DNA from: a virus
Lineage: Duplodnaviria > Caudoviricetes
Length of the DNA: 52,973 nucleotides
Reading direction: 5' to 3' (one strand)
IMG/VR virus record: IMGVR_UViG_3300046777_001769
Span: 1 to 52,973 of that record
Positions 37,972 through 46,397 of the stretch are shown here, piece after piece. The stretch's first letter is position 1; each line of letters begins with the position of its first letter. The notes beneath the pieces are model-generated. The model saw only the letters and a list, made by a program, of their open reading frames with translations. It was not told where the DNA came from and made no database searches. The position numbers were made by a program, and so were the translations under genes.

Positions 37972-38183
37972 TTCAGTTCCTCCAGTTCATTCGCAAGTGC
38001 CTCCAATTCATCAGCATTCACAAAAGCATTTCCATAATCATCAACATACTTGAGTTCTTCTACAACTTTACGAAGAGTAGCAACAGCAATTACATTTGGA
38101 TGAGATGGTTCCATATCACCCCAGTCCCACCACACTTGATGAATAGCATCTGCGACTGCTTGTGCCTCTTTAGTCATTTTCAT
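37968..38183 (-). CDS. Hypothetical protein
   Basis: 71 aa; resembles 38598 and 39649 ORFs. Confidence 0.65.
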   Translation of the reverse strand: MKMTKEAQAVADAIHQVWWDWGDMEPSHPNVIAVATLRKVVEELKYVDDYGNAFVNADELEALANELEELK

Positions 38184-38184
38184 T

Positions 38185-38415
38185 TCATTCCCCTTTCAAT
38201 TGACGGATTTCACTTTCCAGTTCGTAAATGCGGTTATTCATTTCTTTGAGAAACATAATCAACGAACGACTACAAATGGTTTCTCCATTATCTTCTGAAA
38301 GATCTGAGATAAGTACAGTCATTCCAACACCGTGAGAAAACATTTCTTTTGCGTATTCTTTGGGATATTGAATGCTATAAGACATATCTGGAATAGTTTT
38401 TTCAAAGAGGGTCAT
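38185..38415 (-). CDS. Hypothetical protein
   Basis: MTLFEKTIP portion of ORF-track 38185-38454, behind a promoter element. Confidence 0.6.
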   Translation of the reverse strand: MTLFEKTIPDMSYSIQYPKEYAKEMFSHGVGMTVLISDLSEDNGETICSRSLIMFLKEMNNRIYELESEIRQLKGE

Positions 38416-38440
38416 AAGAGGTGTCTGTGTGTATGAGAGT

Positions 38441-38498
38441 ATCATACCACCCACAGAACCCCACAGAGCATCCCCTGTTCCAGTTCGTCAAGTGTCCT
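38441..38498 (-). promoter_or_regulatory. Early promoter element with dyad box
   Basis: GGACACTT-GACG-AACTGGAAC ... TGGTATGAT. Confidence 0.6.
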
Positions 38499-38597
38499 CA
38501 AAACCTATTCACATAAACCTCAAAGGTTATTTTGTTCCACTCATTATATCCATTTCCATACTCATACTGGATACTTGTTGTGCTCTGTTTTTTGTAC

Positions 38598-38831
38598 TCA
38601 TAATGCCTCCACTTCATCAGCAATTTCACGCAACACAGATACGGGGTCTTCAAGTTCACCCCAATCGGTGCAAAGACGGTCTGCGGCAGAACGGAGAACG
38701 GCAGCAACGACTCTCTGCCTATCCCCACTTTTAGGACGCAGAGTGAATTCCATAGTAGCATCTACAATTTCTTGTGCTCTAGTTGTCACTATTCCTCCTA
38801 TACCAACTAAGGTCTCTTGGTTTTGTATCAA
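38598..38831 (-). CDS. Hypothetical protein (TTRAQE family)
   Basis: TTRAQE...VAAVL..AA shared with 39649-39843. Confidence 0.65.
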   Translation of the reverse strand: MIQNQETLVGIGGIVTTRAQEIVDATMEFTLRPKSGDRQRVVAAVLRSAADRLCTDWGELEDPVSVLREIADEVEAL

Positions 38832-39048
38832 TTATACTACAATCAAATTGAAATCGTTTGTATCGTATAAAACCCCCAAACAAATGACTTGAACCAATAC
38901 TTAACTGAATTGCTGGGAGTAAATCATCACATCCATAATCATCCCACTGGACTGTAATATCAAGTAGAGCAAACTTTTGGAATCTAAGGACTTGGAAAAA
39001 CCATTCCTTTCCAAAATCCTCATAAGTTTCATAATCAAAGAGTTTCAT
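38779..39048 (-). CDS. Hypothetical protein, paralog of 39380-39652
   Basis: DFGKEWF...DDYG...QLSIG...F.FD. Confidence 0.7.
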   Translation of the reverse strand: MKLFDYETYEDFGKEWFFQVLRFQKFALLDITVQWDDYGCDDLLPAIQLSIGSSHLFGGFIRYKRFQFDCSIIDTKPRDLSWYRRNSDN

Positions 39049-39383
39049 ACTCCGTCTCCAGTTTCATTCCACTCATCCATACGAGTAGCAAGGTCTTCAC
39101 ACTCTTTCCAGTGTTTCTCCACTTCTTTTACACGCCACATAAAACTATCCTCTCCGTGGTCTCCACTATACAGATAATCAATATGCCTCATGATCTCTGC
39201 CATCTTACGCATCTTGAGAAGTTGTTTCCTCAAATACTTGAGAGTTTCTGGTGAAAAATTGGGAGCATACTCATAGTCATCTAGTTTTTTGTTGTTGTTT
39301 TGGATTTCTACTTCCAACTCATCAGCAAACTGTGCTACCTTGTAGTAATCGTAACCACAGTTGCCAAAATGTCCGCCGCTCAT
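39045..39383 (-). CDS. Phage hypothetical protein
   Basis: MSGGHF...IDYLYSGDHGEDSF. Confidence 0.75.
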   Translation of the reverse strand: MSGGHFGNCGYDYYKVAQFADELEVEIQNNNKKLDDYEYAPNFSPETLKYLRKQLLKMRKMAEIMRHIDYLYSGDHGEDSFMWRVKEVEKHWKECEDLATRMDEWNETGDGV

Positions 39384-39652
39384 GCTACTTGACTCCCAGA
39401 ATCATAAAACAACTCATCACGCCAGTTACGACCAGCAATATCAAAAGTGAAACCCACTCGTCCAATAGAGAATAGAACTGATAAGAGTCTACCGTACCCC
39501 ATACTCATTTGAAAATAAGGACATTCAATCCACTTACCATATTCACCATAATCAATGGCAGCCTGAAGAAGTGAATATCGTTTTCCAGTACAAAGAGTCA
39601 TATAATACTCTTTTCCATAATCGTTTCTTACACCAAACTGAATTATCTTCAT
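39380..39652 (-). CDS. Hypothetical protein, paralog of 38779-39048
   Basis: DYGKEYY...GEYG...QMSMG...FTFD. Confidence 0.7.
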   Translation of the reverse strand: MKIIQFGVRNDYGKEYYMTLCTGKRYSLLQAAIDYGEYGKWIECPYFQMSMGYGRLLSVLFSIGRVGFTFDIAGRNWRDELFYDSGSQVA

Positions 39653-39843
39653 TGGTTTAGTTCCTCTGCGAGTTGTAGCATATCGCTTTTATCCAGAACA
39701 ATCCTACCGTCTTGTGCATTATAAGATTGAATATTTTCTGCAGCAATAAAAAGAATTGCTGCCACAAGCTTCTCTTCAGTATCGGCACCATTATTTCGAT
39801 GTTCCCATACTGCATTCATAAACTCTTGTGCTCTAGTAGTCAT
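39649..39843 (-). CDS. Hypothetical protein (TTRAQE family)
   Basis: 64 aa. Confidence 0.65.
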   Translation of the reverse strand: MTTRAQEFMNAVWEHRNNGADTEEKLVAAILFIAAENIQSYNAQDGRIVLDKSDMLQLAEELNQ

Positions 39844-40391
39844 TGTACTTTACCGTGAATATGACAATCAGCATTAACCCACTTGCGTTCTTCGGGCATT
39901 TCTTCATTATCCATTACAGGACACTTGCAACCTTTTTCAACTGCTTCAGGAGATCCAGGAACAACACCATTCCATTCTTGATAAGTCATCGCATCCATTT
40001 CCTCATCAGTATATTGAGGATTATCAGGTTGTTCAAGACGTGACAGTTTTGCTTTTAGGTCATAAATTTCATCCTGCATCTCACGAAATTCTTTAGAATA
40101 TTCTTCAGAAAGTTTGAGTTCAAACTCTTCAGCAACCTTTTTCATTTCTTCTTCACTACGCATATCATTAAATGCAAGCGAACAAGCACCTTTCATAATA
40201 CCGATTTCATTGTGCCCCATTGTGCGGGCAACAGTTCCAAAGAAACGGAAGAGTTGAATGGTGTTAATGTCTTCGCAGGGAATCTCAAAAGTATAATGCT
40301 CTTCTGGAAGAGTTTCATCATCATAGATTCCAGATGAATAACTTGGAGTCCATTCGGTATCAAAAGAAACTTTGAGGCGTGCTTTGTACAT
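39840..40391 (-). CDS. Hypothetical protein with C-terminal Cys/His motif
   Basis: PGSPEAVEKGCKCPVMDN...CHIHG. Confidence 0.75.
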   Translation of the reverse strand: MYKARLKVSFDTEWTPSYSSGIYDDETLPEEHYTFEIPCEDINTIQLFRFFGTVARTMGHNEIGIMKGACSLAFNDMRSEEEMKKVAEEFELKLSEEYSKEFREMQDEIYDLKAKLSRLEQPDNPQYTDEEMDAMTYQEWNGVVPGSPEAVEKGCKCPVMDNEEMPEERKWVNADCHIHGKVQ

Positions 40392-40413
40392 AGTGAAGGT
40401 GTTTCAATACAGA

Positions 40414-40471
40414 TACTATAAAACCCTTGACTGCGAAAGTCAAGGGTCAGTGGACAGTTCAAAAACTGTAC
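40414..40471 (-). promoter_or_regulatory. Stem-loop early promoter element
   Basis: GTACAGTT-TTTG-AACTGTCCAC, 25-bp hairpin ACCCTTGACT-N5-AGTCAAGGGT, TATAGT. Confidence 0.75.
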
Positions 40472-40950
40472 TCTTGCCACTCATCAATAGAAGTATTACT
40501 TAAGACAAACTGCATTTTATTATAAGGTGCTCTCGGTTTTCTTATTAGTTTCATACCAGTTTGTTCTAAAAAAGTATGACCTTTTTTAGTATTACAAGAA
40601 CTACAGGCAACTACAAGATTTTCCCAAGTATCTTCACCCCCACGACATCTTGGAATAACGTGGTCAATCGTAAGTCTTTTTGTTGCACCACAATACTGAC
40701 AAGTATGATTATCTCTTTTATAAATCATTGCTCTTGATGGTTTTTGAGCAATAATTTTAGAAAGAGGGACTTTCACATAATCCAAAAGACGAATAACACG
40801 ATTTGATAGAACTTGTGCTTTCTCTTTTAGAAGTAAAACAATTGCTCTTTTCCAGCTTGTAATATTAAGAGGTTCAAAAGAAGAATTTAATACTAAAACT
40901 GTTGTATTTGGTTGTATTTCAATTTTAGTCATACCTTTTAAGAGGTTCAC
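40459..40950 (-). CDS. HNH endonuclease
   Basis: LVLN...PL, RDNHTCQYCG, LTIDHVIPR.RGG.DTWENLV.ACSSCNTKKG. Confidence 0.92.
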   Translation of the reverse strand: MNLLKGMTKIEIQPNTTVLVLNSSFEPLNITSWKRAIVLLLKEKAQVLSNRVIRLLDYVKVPLSKIIAQKPSRAMIYKRDNHTCQYCGATKRLTIDHVIPRCRGGEDTWENLVVACSSCNTKKGHTFLEQTGMKLIRKPRAPYNKMQFVLSNTSIDEWQEYSF

Positions 40951-40951
40951 A

Positions 40952-41170
40952 TTAATATCTATAGCAAGGAACTCTTACTCTTTCTCTCCAATATCTCACG
41001 TATCCAGGGTTCAATCTGTCACCAGGAACATATTCTTCGCGATAAACAATTTCAGTGCATATTGGTTCTCTATAATAAACTCTTGGTTCAAAAGGTTCCC
41101 AAAACTCTTTCCAAGTTATGGCATTTGCAGGAAGAGTGATAAATGGTAGAAGTAAAAGAAAATATTTCAT
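40952..41170 (-). CDS. Small exported protein
   Basis: Signal peptide-like MKYFLLLLPFITLPANA. Confidence 0.7.
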   Translation of the reverse strand: MKYFLLLLPFITLPANAITWKEFWEPFEPRVYYREPICTEIVYREEYVPGDRLNPGYVRYWRERVRVPCYRY

Positions 41171-41487
41171 CAGTCACGTTGTCTCCAATCGTCTGGTTTA
41201 TCTCCAGTGAAGAAATCAATAATATCATCAGCACCATTAAATCCAGTGCGATGATTTGATGGATCTGGATCACCTAAATCCAATGCGTTCATAAAGTCAT
41301 CTAAACTTCCTTCTTGCATATCAGGATTTGCAGCGCGGCGTCTTGCTTGTCTCAAAAGTGTTGCAGCACTTCGATTTGCTTTTGCAAGTTTTTCTGCCCA
41401 TATCATTTCTGACAGTTCAACACTTTCACCTTTTACAATCTTATTACAAATCTCTTCTAATCTCAACCGATACTGCGTGGAGAGCAT
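41170..41487 (-). CDS. Phage hypothetical protein
   Basis: MLSTQYRLRLE.IC.KI...MIWAEKLAKAN...DWRQRD. Confidence 0.8.
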   Translation of the reverse strand: MLSTQYRLRLEEICNKIVKGESVELSEMIWAEKLAKANRSAATLLRQARRRAANPDMQEGSLDDFMNALDLGDPDPSNHRTGFNGADDIIDFFTGDKPDDWRQRD

Positions 41488-41507
41488 ATGTATTATTCAG
41501 ATAATGA

Positions 41508-41747
41508 TTATTTATTTCTTGATTCTAACTCTTTCATTAACTCCTTTGCAAGTTGATTTGAGCGTTTCCACATCAAATACTTTACAATAGGATTTGCTGG
41601 ATTATGAACAATCCACCACTTTGTCTTTTCGTATTGAACTCTTGCTAGTTGAGTGAGCATATAAAATGCCCTCGCTACGGATTGATCAGTAACAATCAAG
41701 TAAGCAATACAAAAGAAAATCGTAAGATATATGTATGTAGAACTCAT
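41508..41747 (-). CDS. Small membrane protein
   Basis: N-terminal hydrophobic helix. Confidence 0.7.
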   Translation of the reverse strand: MSSTYIYLTIFFCIAYLIVTDQSVARAFYMLTQLARVQYEKTKWWIVHNPANPIVKYLMWKRSNQLAKELMKELESRNK

Positions 41748-42128
41748 TGCCTCAGTGTTTTGATATACTGTAATACTTGTTCACGAACTGCCATGAGTTC
41801 ATTGTAACACTTTTGATTGTGAGCACAGTTACGAAGTTCAGGATCAGGTTTCAATACACTTTCCTCAAAAAGAGTTAGTCCTCGATTCCATTTGTCAATT
41901 TGAGTTTCTTCAGTCATTTTTTACTACTTTAACGGGACAAGAGGGGACAACTTTTCGGATTTCGTGAATGATTTCAGTTCTTTGAAGTTCGGTCAATCCT
42001 ACAACTTTAGTAAGACGATGAATTAAATTCAATGCATCGCTGCAGCTGATAATGGTTGCAGTGAGAAGTACAACCATAGTTTTCTCCTATTCTACTACTA
42101 TTTAAGGTAGTTCATAAAATGTTAATAA

Positions 42129-42500
42129 TTAGTCCCAACTCACGTTTTCTAAAAGAACTCCAGGCATCACTATTGTCCAACCTGTCCCACCCATTTTATA
42201 TTCCCATTTGTATTCATATTTGTTGTGACTATCCCAAGTTACAAATCCCTTTTCTTTATCAAAACGCGATTTAATAGTTAGTGCAAAGCGATTAGAAAAG
42301 ATATTACGAGTACGTAGAGCACCATTCGGTTCTCGTGTCTCAATCACTACACAAGTATCATCATAAAATTCTTGATCTTTTTCAATTCCACATGCAGTTT
42401 CATAGCGGAATGGACGATATGTTTCCTGTGCAAAAACAGGAGAAGAAAAGAACAGTGCAGCAAGAACAATCAGTTTTTTCATCCAACAACCCTCCAACAA
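42129..42500 (-). CDS. Exported protein
   Basis: Signal peptide-like MKKLIVLAALFFSSPVFA. Confidence 0.7.
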   Translation of the reverse strand: MLEGCWMKKLIVLAALFFSSPVFAQETYRPFRYETACGIEKDQEFYDDTCVVIETREPNGALRTRNIFSNRFALTIKSRFDKEKGFVTWDSHNKYEYKWEYKMGGTGWTIVMPGVLLENVSWD

Positions 42501-42790
42501 ACGACAGCGTTACCTTTTTTTACAGACTGAATGTGTGCAAAAGCAGCATAAGACAAATCTAGATCAGCATGAGAATACGGTCCGCGATCATTAACACGAA
42601 CGATAACTTGTTTGCCGTTATCTTGATTGGTTACCCGTATGCGTGAACCCATAGGTAGATAAGGATGAGCTGCAGTCCAAGAATAAGCATCAAACCGCTC
42701 ACCGTTCGCAGTAACTTTTCCATGAAATCCGTCTCCTACTCCATAATATGTAGAAATTCCACAAGTCAGTGCAGCAATCAATCCAATCAT
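42479..42790 (-). CDS. rlpA: RlpA-family (double-psi beta-barrel) lytic transglycosylase
   Basis: YYG...FHGKVTANGERFD...TAAHPYLPMGS.IRVTN..NGK.V.VRVNDRGPY...DLS.AAF. Confidence 0.9.
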   Translation of the reverse strand: MIGLIAALTCGISTYYGVGDGFHGKVTANGERFDAYSWTAAHPYLPMGSRIRVTNQDNGKQVIVRVNDRGPYSHADLDLSYAAFAHIQSVKKGNAVVCWRVVG

Positions 42791-42990
42791 TTAATCACCT
42801 CCCAATGAGGGTCGTTCTGTTTATTCATCCAAAAGCAGTAACGACGATTGATAGAAACAACAAAGAACTGCGTGTCATTTTCTTGTTCCACTTCCATTGC
42901 GTGAAGAGAATCCATAATGTTTTTAAAACGATTGACTGCTTTCTTAGATTTTGGTTGAACGTTGATGAGTTTTTTCTTGGTTTTCATCAT
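42787..42990 (-). CDS. Hypothetical protein, related to 15493-15681
   Basis: VQPKSKKAVNRFKNIM...VEQ...FW. Confidence 0.7.
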   Translation of the reverse strand: MMKTKKKLINVQPKSKKAVNRFKNIMDSLHAMEVEQENDTQFFVVSINRRYCFWMNKQNDPHWEVIK

Positions 42991-43017
42991 TTTTTCATTT
43001 ACTTAGTAATCATAGCA

Positions 43018-43215
43018 CTAATTTTTCTCTTCGGGACTTTGATGTGACACTTTTTTAAGTGGTTTAACAACGTTATGCCAGTACCATTTACTATATTCGT
43101 TTCTTTTTTCTTTATTTTGATCCCTACCACGTTTCCATAACTCTTTTAGATAATCTTTATTTTCTTCTTTCCATTTTTTAATTTTATTTTGATTGTTTGC
43201 TCTCCATTCTTTCAT
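43018..43215 (-). CDS. Basic repeat-like ORF, possible frameshifted tail of the GIY-YIG nuclease
   Basis: KEWRANN..KKWKEENKD; in the -1 frame, overlapping the nuclease stop. Confidence 0.55.
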   Translation of the reverse strand: MKEWRANNQNKIKKWKEENKDYLKELWKRGRDQNKEKRNEYSKWYWHNVVKPLKKVSHQSPEEKN

Positions 43216-43631
43216 ATATTCTTTTTTCTTTTTGCCTCTCTTTTTTCTTCTTCTGTAAAATATTTTTTATTATGTCTGATATCAGTTCTATTTTTAGCAG
43301 CAATACTTTGTTTCTTTTTTGTTTCTTCTGATGGACTAAATCCTCTCACTCCTTCACCACCTACTGTAGAGTTATATCCATTATTGTAAGTGTCATAATA
43401 ATCAATATAAAAAATTTCCTGTTCATTTAAAAAATTAACATCATATTCTTCTATAATTCCATAGATAAACAAACTCCATCCATATTTTCTCACAGCACGA
43501 TAAAATTTATTATCAATACCTTTTTTACAATGTAGTTTATGTTGCGCCTTTCTTTTTCTTTCAACTATTGTTTGCCCTATGTATTTTTTACCCGTAGGAA
43601 TACAATGATAGCAGTAAATTACTCCTTTCAT
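43212..43631 (-). CDS. GIY-YIG homing endonuclease
   Basis: MKGVIYCY.....KKYIGQT...R, FYRAVRKYGW, E.FYI, GYN.T.GG, SEETKKK.S (NUMOD3-like); ATG at 43631 preferred over TTG at 43652. Confidence 0.88.
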   Translation of the reverse strand: MKGVIYCYHCIPTGKKYIGQTIVERKRKAQHKLHCKKGIDNKFYRAVRKYGWSLFIYGIIEEYDVNFLNEQEIFYIDYYDTYNNGYNSTVGGEGVRGFSPSEETKKKQSIAAKNRTDIRHNKKYFTEEEKREAKRKKNI

Positions 43632-43665
43632 TTCTACTCTATTGAACCGCAAAAATATTTATATT

Positions 43666-43717
43666 AAAAAGGAGGGACTTTCACCCTCCTCCTGAAGATT
43701 GCGGTTCAACAGGTAAT
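43666..43717 (-). ncRNA. Candidate ~50-nt small RNA antisense to the nuclease leader (copy 2)
   Basis: CTAAATA (43720-43726), CCTG-TTGAACCGCAATCTT-CAGG, hairpin GGAGGG-TGAAAGT-CCCTCC-TTTTT, then TATAAATA (43656-43663). Confidence 0.55.
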
Positions 43718-43779
43718 AGTATTTAGAGTATCTTTAATATATTCTTTTCAACCTCCACAAAGGTCATTGTACAGAGTTA

Positions 43780-44205
43780 TCAGAGTGATGTCAAGTAGTC
43801 AAGATACTCATTAAAGAGTACTTCTTCCATTTGGAATGCTTGATGTTCCCAGGGTTGATCTTCATAGTCCGTCTGAGAGAAGTCTATGCCCCTCCAGTAC
43901 CTCTTTCCATACTTATCCTTTAGAGCACCCATAACGTGCTGATAAACGTGCCAGAGTTCGTGCAGGAGGGTTCTGGTGTAATGGTCAACATCCATTCGAT
44001 TGTGTAATTCAATCTCAAAGGATCTTGGACGATAATCACAATCAGCAACTCCTACCCAACCATAAACACCATCTCTCAACATTCCACGATGATTAACTAC
44101 AATTTCAAGTTTGTGCTTAGGTAAGTGCTTGTCAATAAACCAAGTTACAATGTCCTCACAACGACGCTTGCTATAGTTGTACCCACTGATGTATAATGTA
44201 AGCAT
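43780..44205 (-). CDS. HExxH zinc metallopeptidase-like protein
   Basis: TLLHELWHVYQH ... PWEHQA. Confidence 0.75.
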   Translation of the reverse strand: MLTLYISGYNYSKRRCEDIVTWFIDKHLPKHKLEIVVNHRGMLRDGVYGWVGVADCDYRPRSFEIELHNRMDVDHYTRTLLHELWHVYQHVMGALKDKYGKRYWRGIDFSQTDYEDQPWEHQAFQMEEVLFNEYLDYLTSL

Positions 44206-44330
44206 CAGAATAGTGCCTTTAATGCTGCTTCGGATACTTTAACACCCCAGTGGATCACCCAGATAAAGGATGTGACAAAAATCAATCTGTCTAGGTTGGA
44301 ATACCTCATCGGTTTTCGTGTGTCTCCACC

Positions 44331-44388
44331 TACTATAAAACCTTCCAGGTCGGTTCTGGAAGGTCAGTGGACAGTTTTTGAACCGTCT
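44331..44388 (-). promoter_or_regulatory. Stem-loop early promoter element
   Basis: GACGGTT-CAAA-AACTGTCCAC, 25-bp hairpin ACCTTCCAG-N7-CTGGAAGGT, TATAGT. Confidence 0.75.
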
Positions 44389-45106
44389 ATCTTGACATAT
44401 CGTTTGCACAGTGTGATCTTTGACCATCAGCTAGAACATAGTGAAAAAAGATCTGATGATAATAAAGTCCTTCTTTTTCTACTCTCTTACCATACCAAGT
44501 TCTCTTATATTCTGTGGGCATTGGATCTCTCCAATGAGGTCTTTCACATCCTTTATAAATCATCCCATCGCCAGCACCAAGAACTACAGAACGATTTTCA
44601 CCTCTTTTTGTGATGGTTGTTTTTTTCTCATCTTCATAAATGTCTGGAGTTTTAATCCAAATAGGCCAAGGTTCTTCAAGATTTGTACTGATATGAGTTG
44701 TTACTGAAATTTCACAAGCATCACGATCTGCATGTCTTGTTAATTCTTGTCCTGGAAAATAAAAACGATCATAATAATATGTATTATAAAGTTTCTTACC
44801 AATAAGTTTTTCTAATTTTAAACGAATACCCGAATGAATTGAACGATATTGTGGATGCCAATAACAAGCAAGAGATCCTTCTACTTGCATTTCCAATTCT
44901 TGATATGTAAATTGATCTAACCGTTTTCCCCAATAGTTAATCTGTCCCCGTTGTTCTGGAACATCGCGATAAAGTTCTTTTGGATCCCATAGATTTTTTA
45001 CAACCAAGTATCCATCTTTTTCAAACTGTTCATTATTTGTTTTTGAAGTTCCAGTGTTTTTCCTCTCTTGGTAGAAGAGTTGCTCCTCTGTCATTTGCTC
45101 TGCCAT
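44387..45106 (-). CDS. 2OG-Fe(II) oxygenase
   Basis: RHADRDACEISVT (HxD), GDGMIYKG..PHWR, QIFFHYV; likely start MAEQ at 45106. Confidence 0.8.
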   Translation of the reverse strand: MAEQMTEEQLFYQERKNTGTSKTNNEQFEKDGYLVVKNLWDPKELYRDVPEQRGQINYWGKRLDQFTYQELEMQVEGSLACYWHPQYRSIHSGIRLKLEKLIGKKLYNTYYYDRFYFPGQELTRHADRDACEISVTTHISTNLEEPWPIWIKTPDIYEDEKKTTITKRGENRSVVLGAGDGMIYKGCERPHWRDPMPTEYKRTWYGKRVEKEGLYYHQIFFHYVLADGQRSHCANDMSR

Positions 45107-45107
45107 A

Positions 45108-45728
45108 TCACTTCCAACGCGAACCGCATACCCACCCAACCAAACTCTTACGGGTTCCTTTAGTTACTTTAAGGACACGATGTTGAGTTCTTGAATCAAA
45201 TACAATTACAGTTCCTCTTTTTCTTGGAGCAAAATAAGACTTACCATCCTCCGCAAGAAGTTGAAGATTTCCTCCCTCATAATCATCAGGATCTGAAAGT
45301 TGAACAACAAAAGAAAGTTTTCTTACAAGTTCAAGATTTTCATTTAGATAATCTTGTGCTCTTCCTTCGTGATGATTTCCAACAGATACTGGTTTATATT
45401 GTCCGGCAATACCTGCATCATTGTGCCACCCATAAAACTCACCAACATCATATTGAGTGAACTGCATACTTTCACCGTCAATATTTCTTATATCATAAAG
45501 AAAGTTTTCACGATTTGCTCTTTCAATATAATGCCAAACAAATCCTGCAGTCCAATGATTTGTTGGAACCCAAGCATTTTTTGAATTTCTTTTATCGCGA
45601 TTGAGAGCATCTCCCATTAGTTTGGAGTCTCCCATTTGTTGTTGGAAATTATCTGTTAAATCTTCTTCGATTGTTTCTATAATTTTTTCTGGAATATCAG
45701 AAAAATACCAGATTGATTGGAATGCCAA
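45108..45728 (-). CDS. 2OG-Fe(II) oxygenase (prolyl-4-hydroxylase/PKHD-like)
   Basis: WHND, RKLSFVVQLSDPDDYEGG, VFDS...HRV..VTKGTRKSLVGW. Confidence 0.9.
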   Translation of the reverse strand: MAFQSIWYFSDIPEKIIETIEEDLTDNFQQQMGDSKLMGDALNRDKRNSKNAWVPTNHWTAGFVWHYIERANRENFLYDIRNIDGESMQFTQYDVGEFYGWHNDAGIAGQYKPVSVGNHHEGRAQDYLNENLELVRKLSFVVQLSDPDDYEGGNLQLLAEDGKSYFAPRKRGTVIVFDSRTQHRVLKVTKGTRKSLVGWVCGSRWK

Positions 45729-45812
45729 ATTTCAATCTCCTTATAATCTATTCGTCACCATTATATATTCAATAAAATAACTCTTCATAAATAAAAAAAT
45801 ATAAGAAATGTC

Positions 45813-46397
45813 ATGAGTGAATTTATAAGGAAAGGTTGGTATTACCTTCCAAAAATTATCACAAAAGAAGAAGCAATAGAAATAAAATACAAAAATTTAA
45901 TGGGAGCAGTGAGAGATCTTGGAGGATTAAAAACTCACTTTGATCCTGAAAGAGGAAACGTATTAACTTGTTATGCTCCTCCCGCTGCTGCTTTTGTAAT
46001 GAAAAGAATACAACCAGTTTTAGAAGAACTTTTGGGAGAAGAACTTATTCCTTCTTACTGGTTCTCTACAACCTATCATAATAAAGGATGGATGAACTGT
46101 CATACTGATAGACCATCATGTGAAGTATCAGTCACGATGAACATTTGTGGTGATGCTGCTTGGCCAATTAAACTTAAAGACCTAGAAGGAAATAAACAAT
46201 CAGTTGTAACTCCTTCTGGAGATGGTGTTGCATACTTAGGAATGACTGTGCCTCATTGGAGAAGTCCTATGAGAAGTCATGATAATGACAGATTTATGCA
46301 GTTATTCTTACACTTTGTAAGAAAGAATGGACCTTGCGCCGAATATGCTTATGATAAAAATCAAAAGTGTTATGATTTATTAAATCATATTCAATAA
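45813..46397 (+). CDS. 2OG-Fe(II) oxygenase (only credible plus-strand gene)
   Basis: CHTDRPSCEVSVT, GDGVAY.G..PHWR, QLFLHFV; CATAAATA at 45786-45793. Confidence 0.85.
   Translation: MSEFIRKGWYYLPKIITKEEAIEIKYKNLMGAVRDLGGLKTHFDPERGNVLTCYAPPAAAFVMKRIQPVLEELLGEELIPSYWFSTTYHNKGWMNCHTDRPSCEVSVTMNICGDAAWPIKLKDLEGNKQSVVTPSGDGVAYLGMTVPHWRSPMRSHDNDRFMQLFLHFVRKNGPCAEYAYDKNQKCYDLLNHIQ

Noticed and set aside
31864-43652. Group I introns housing the nucleases
   Set aside because: Flanking genes look intact and there is no room for an intron core; the nucleases appear free-standing.
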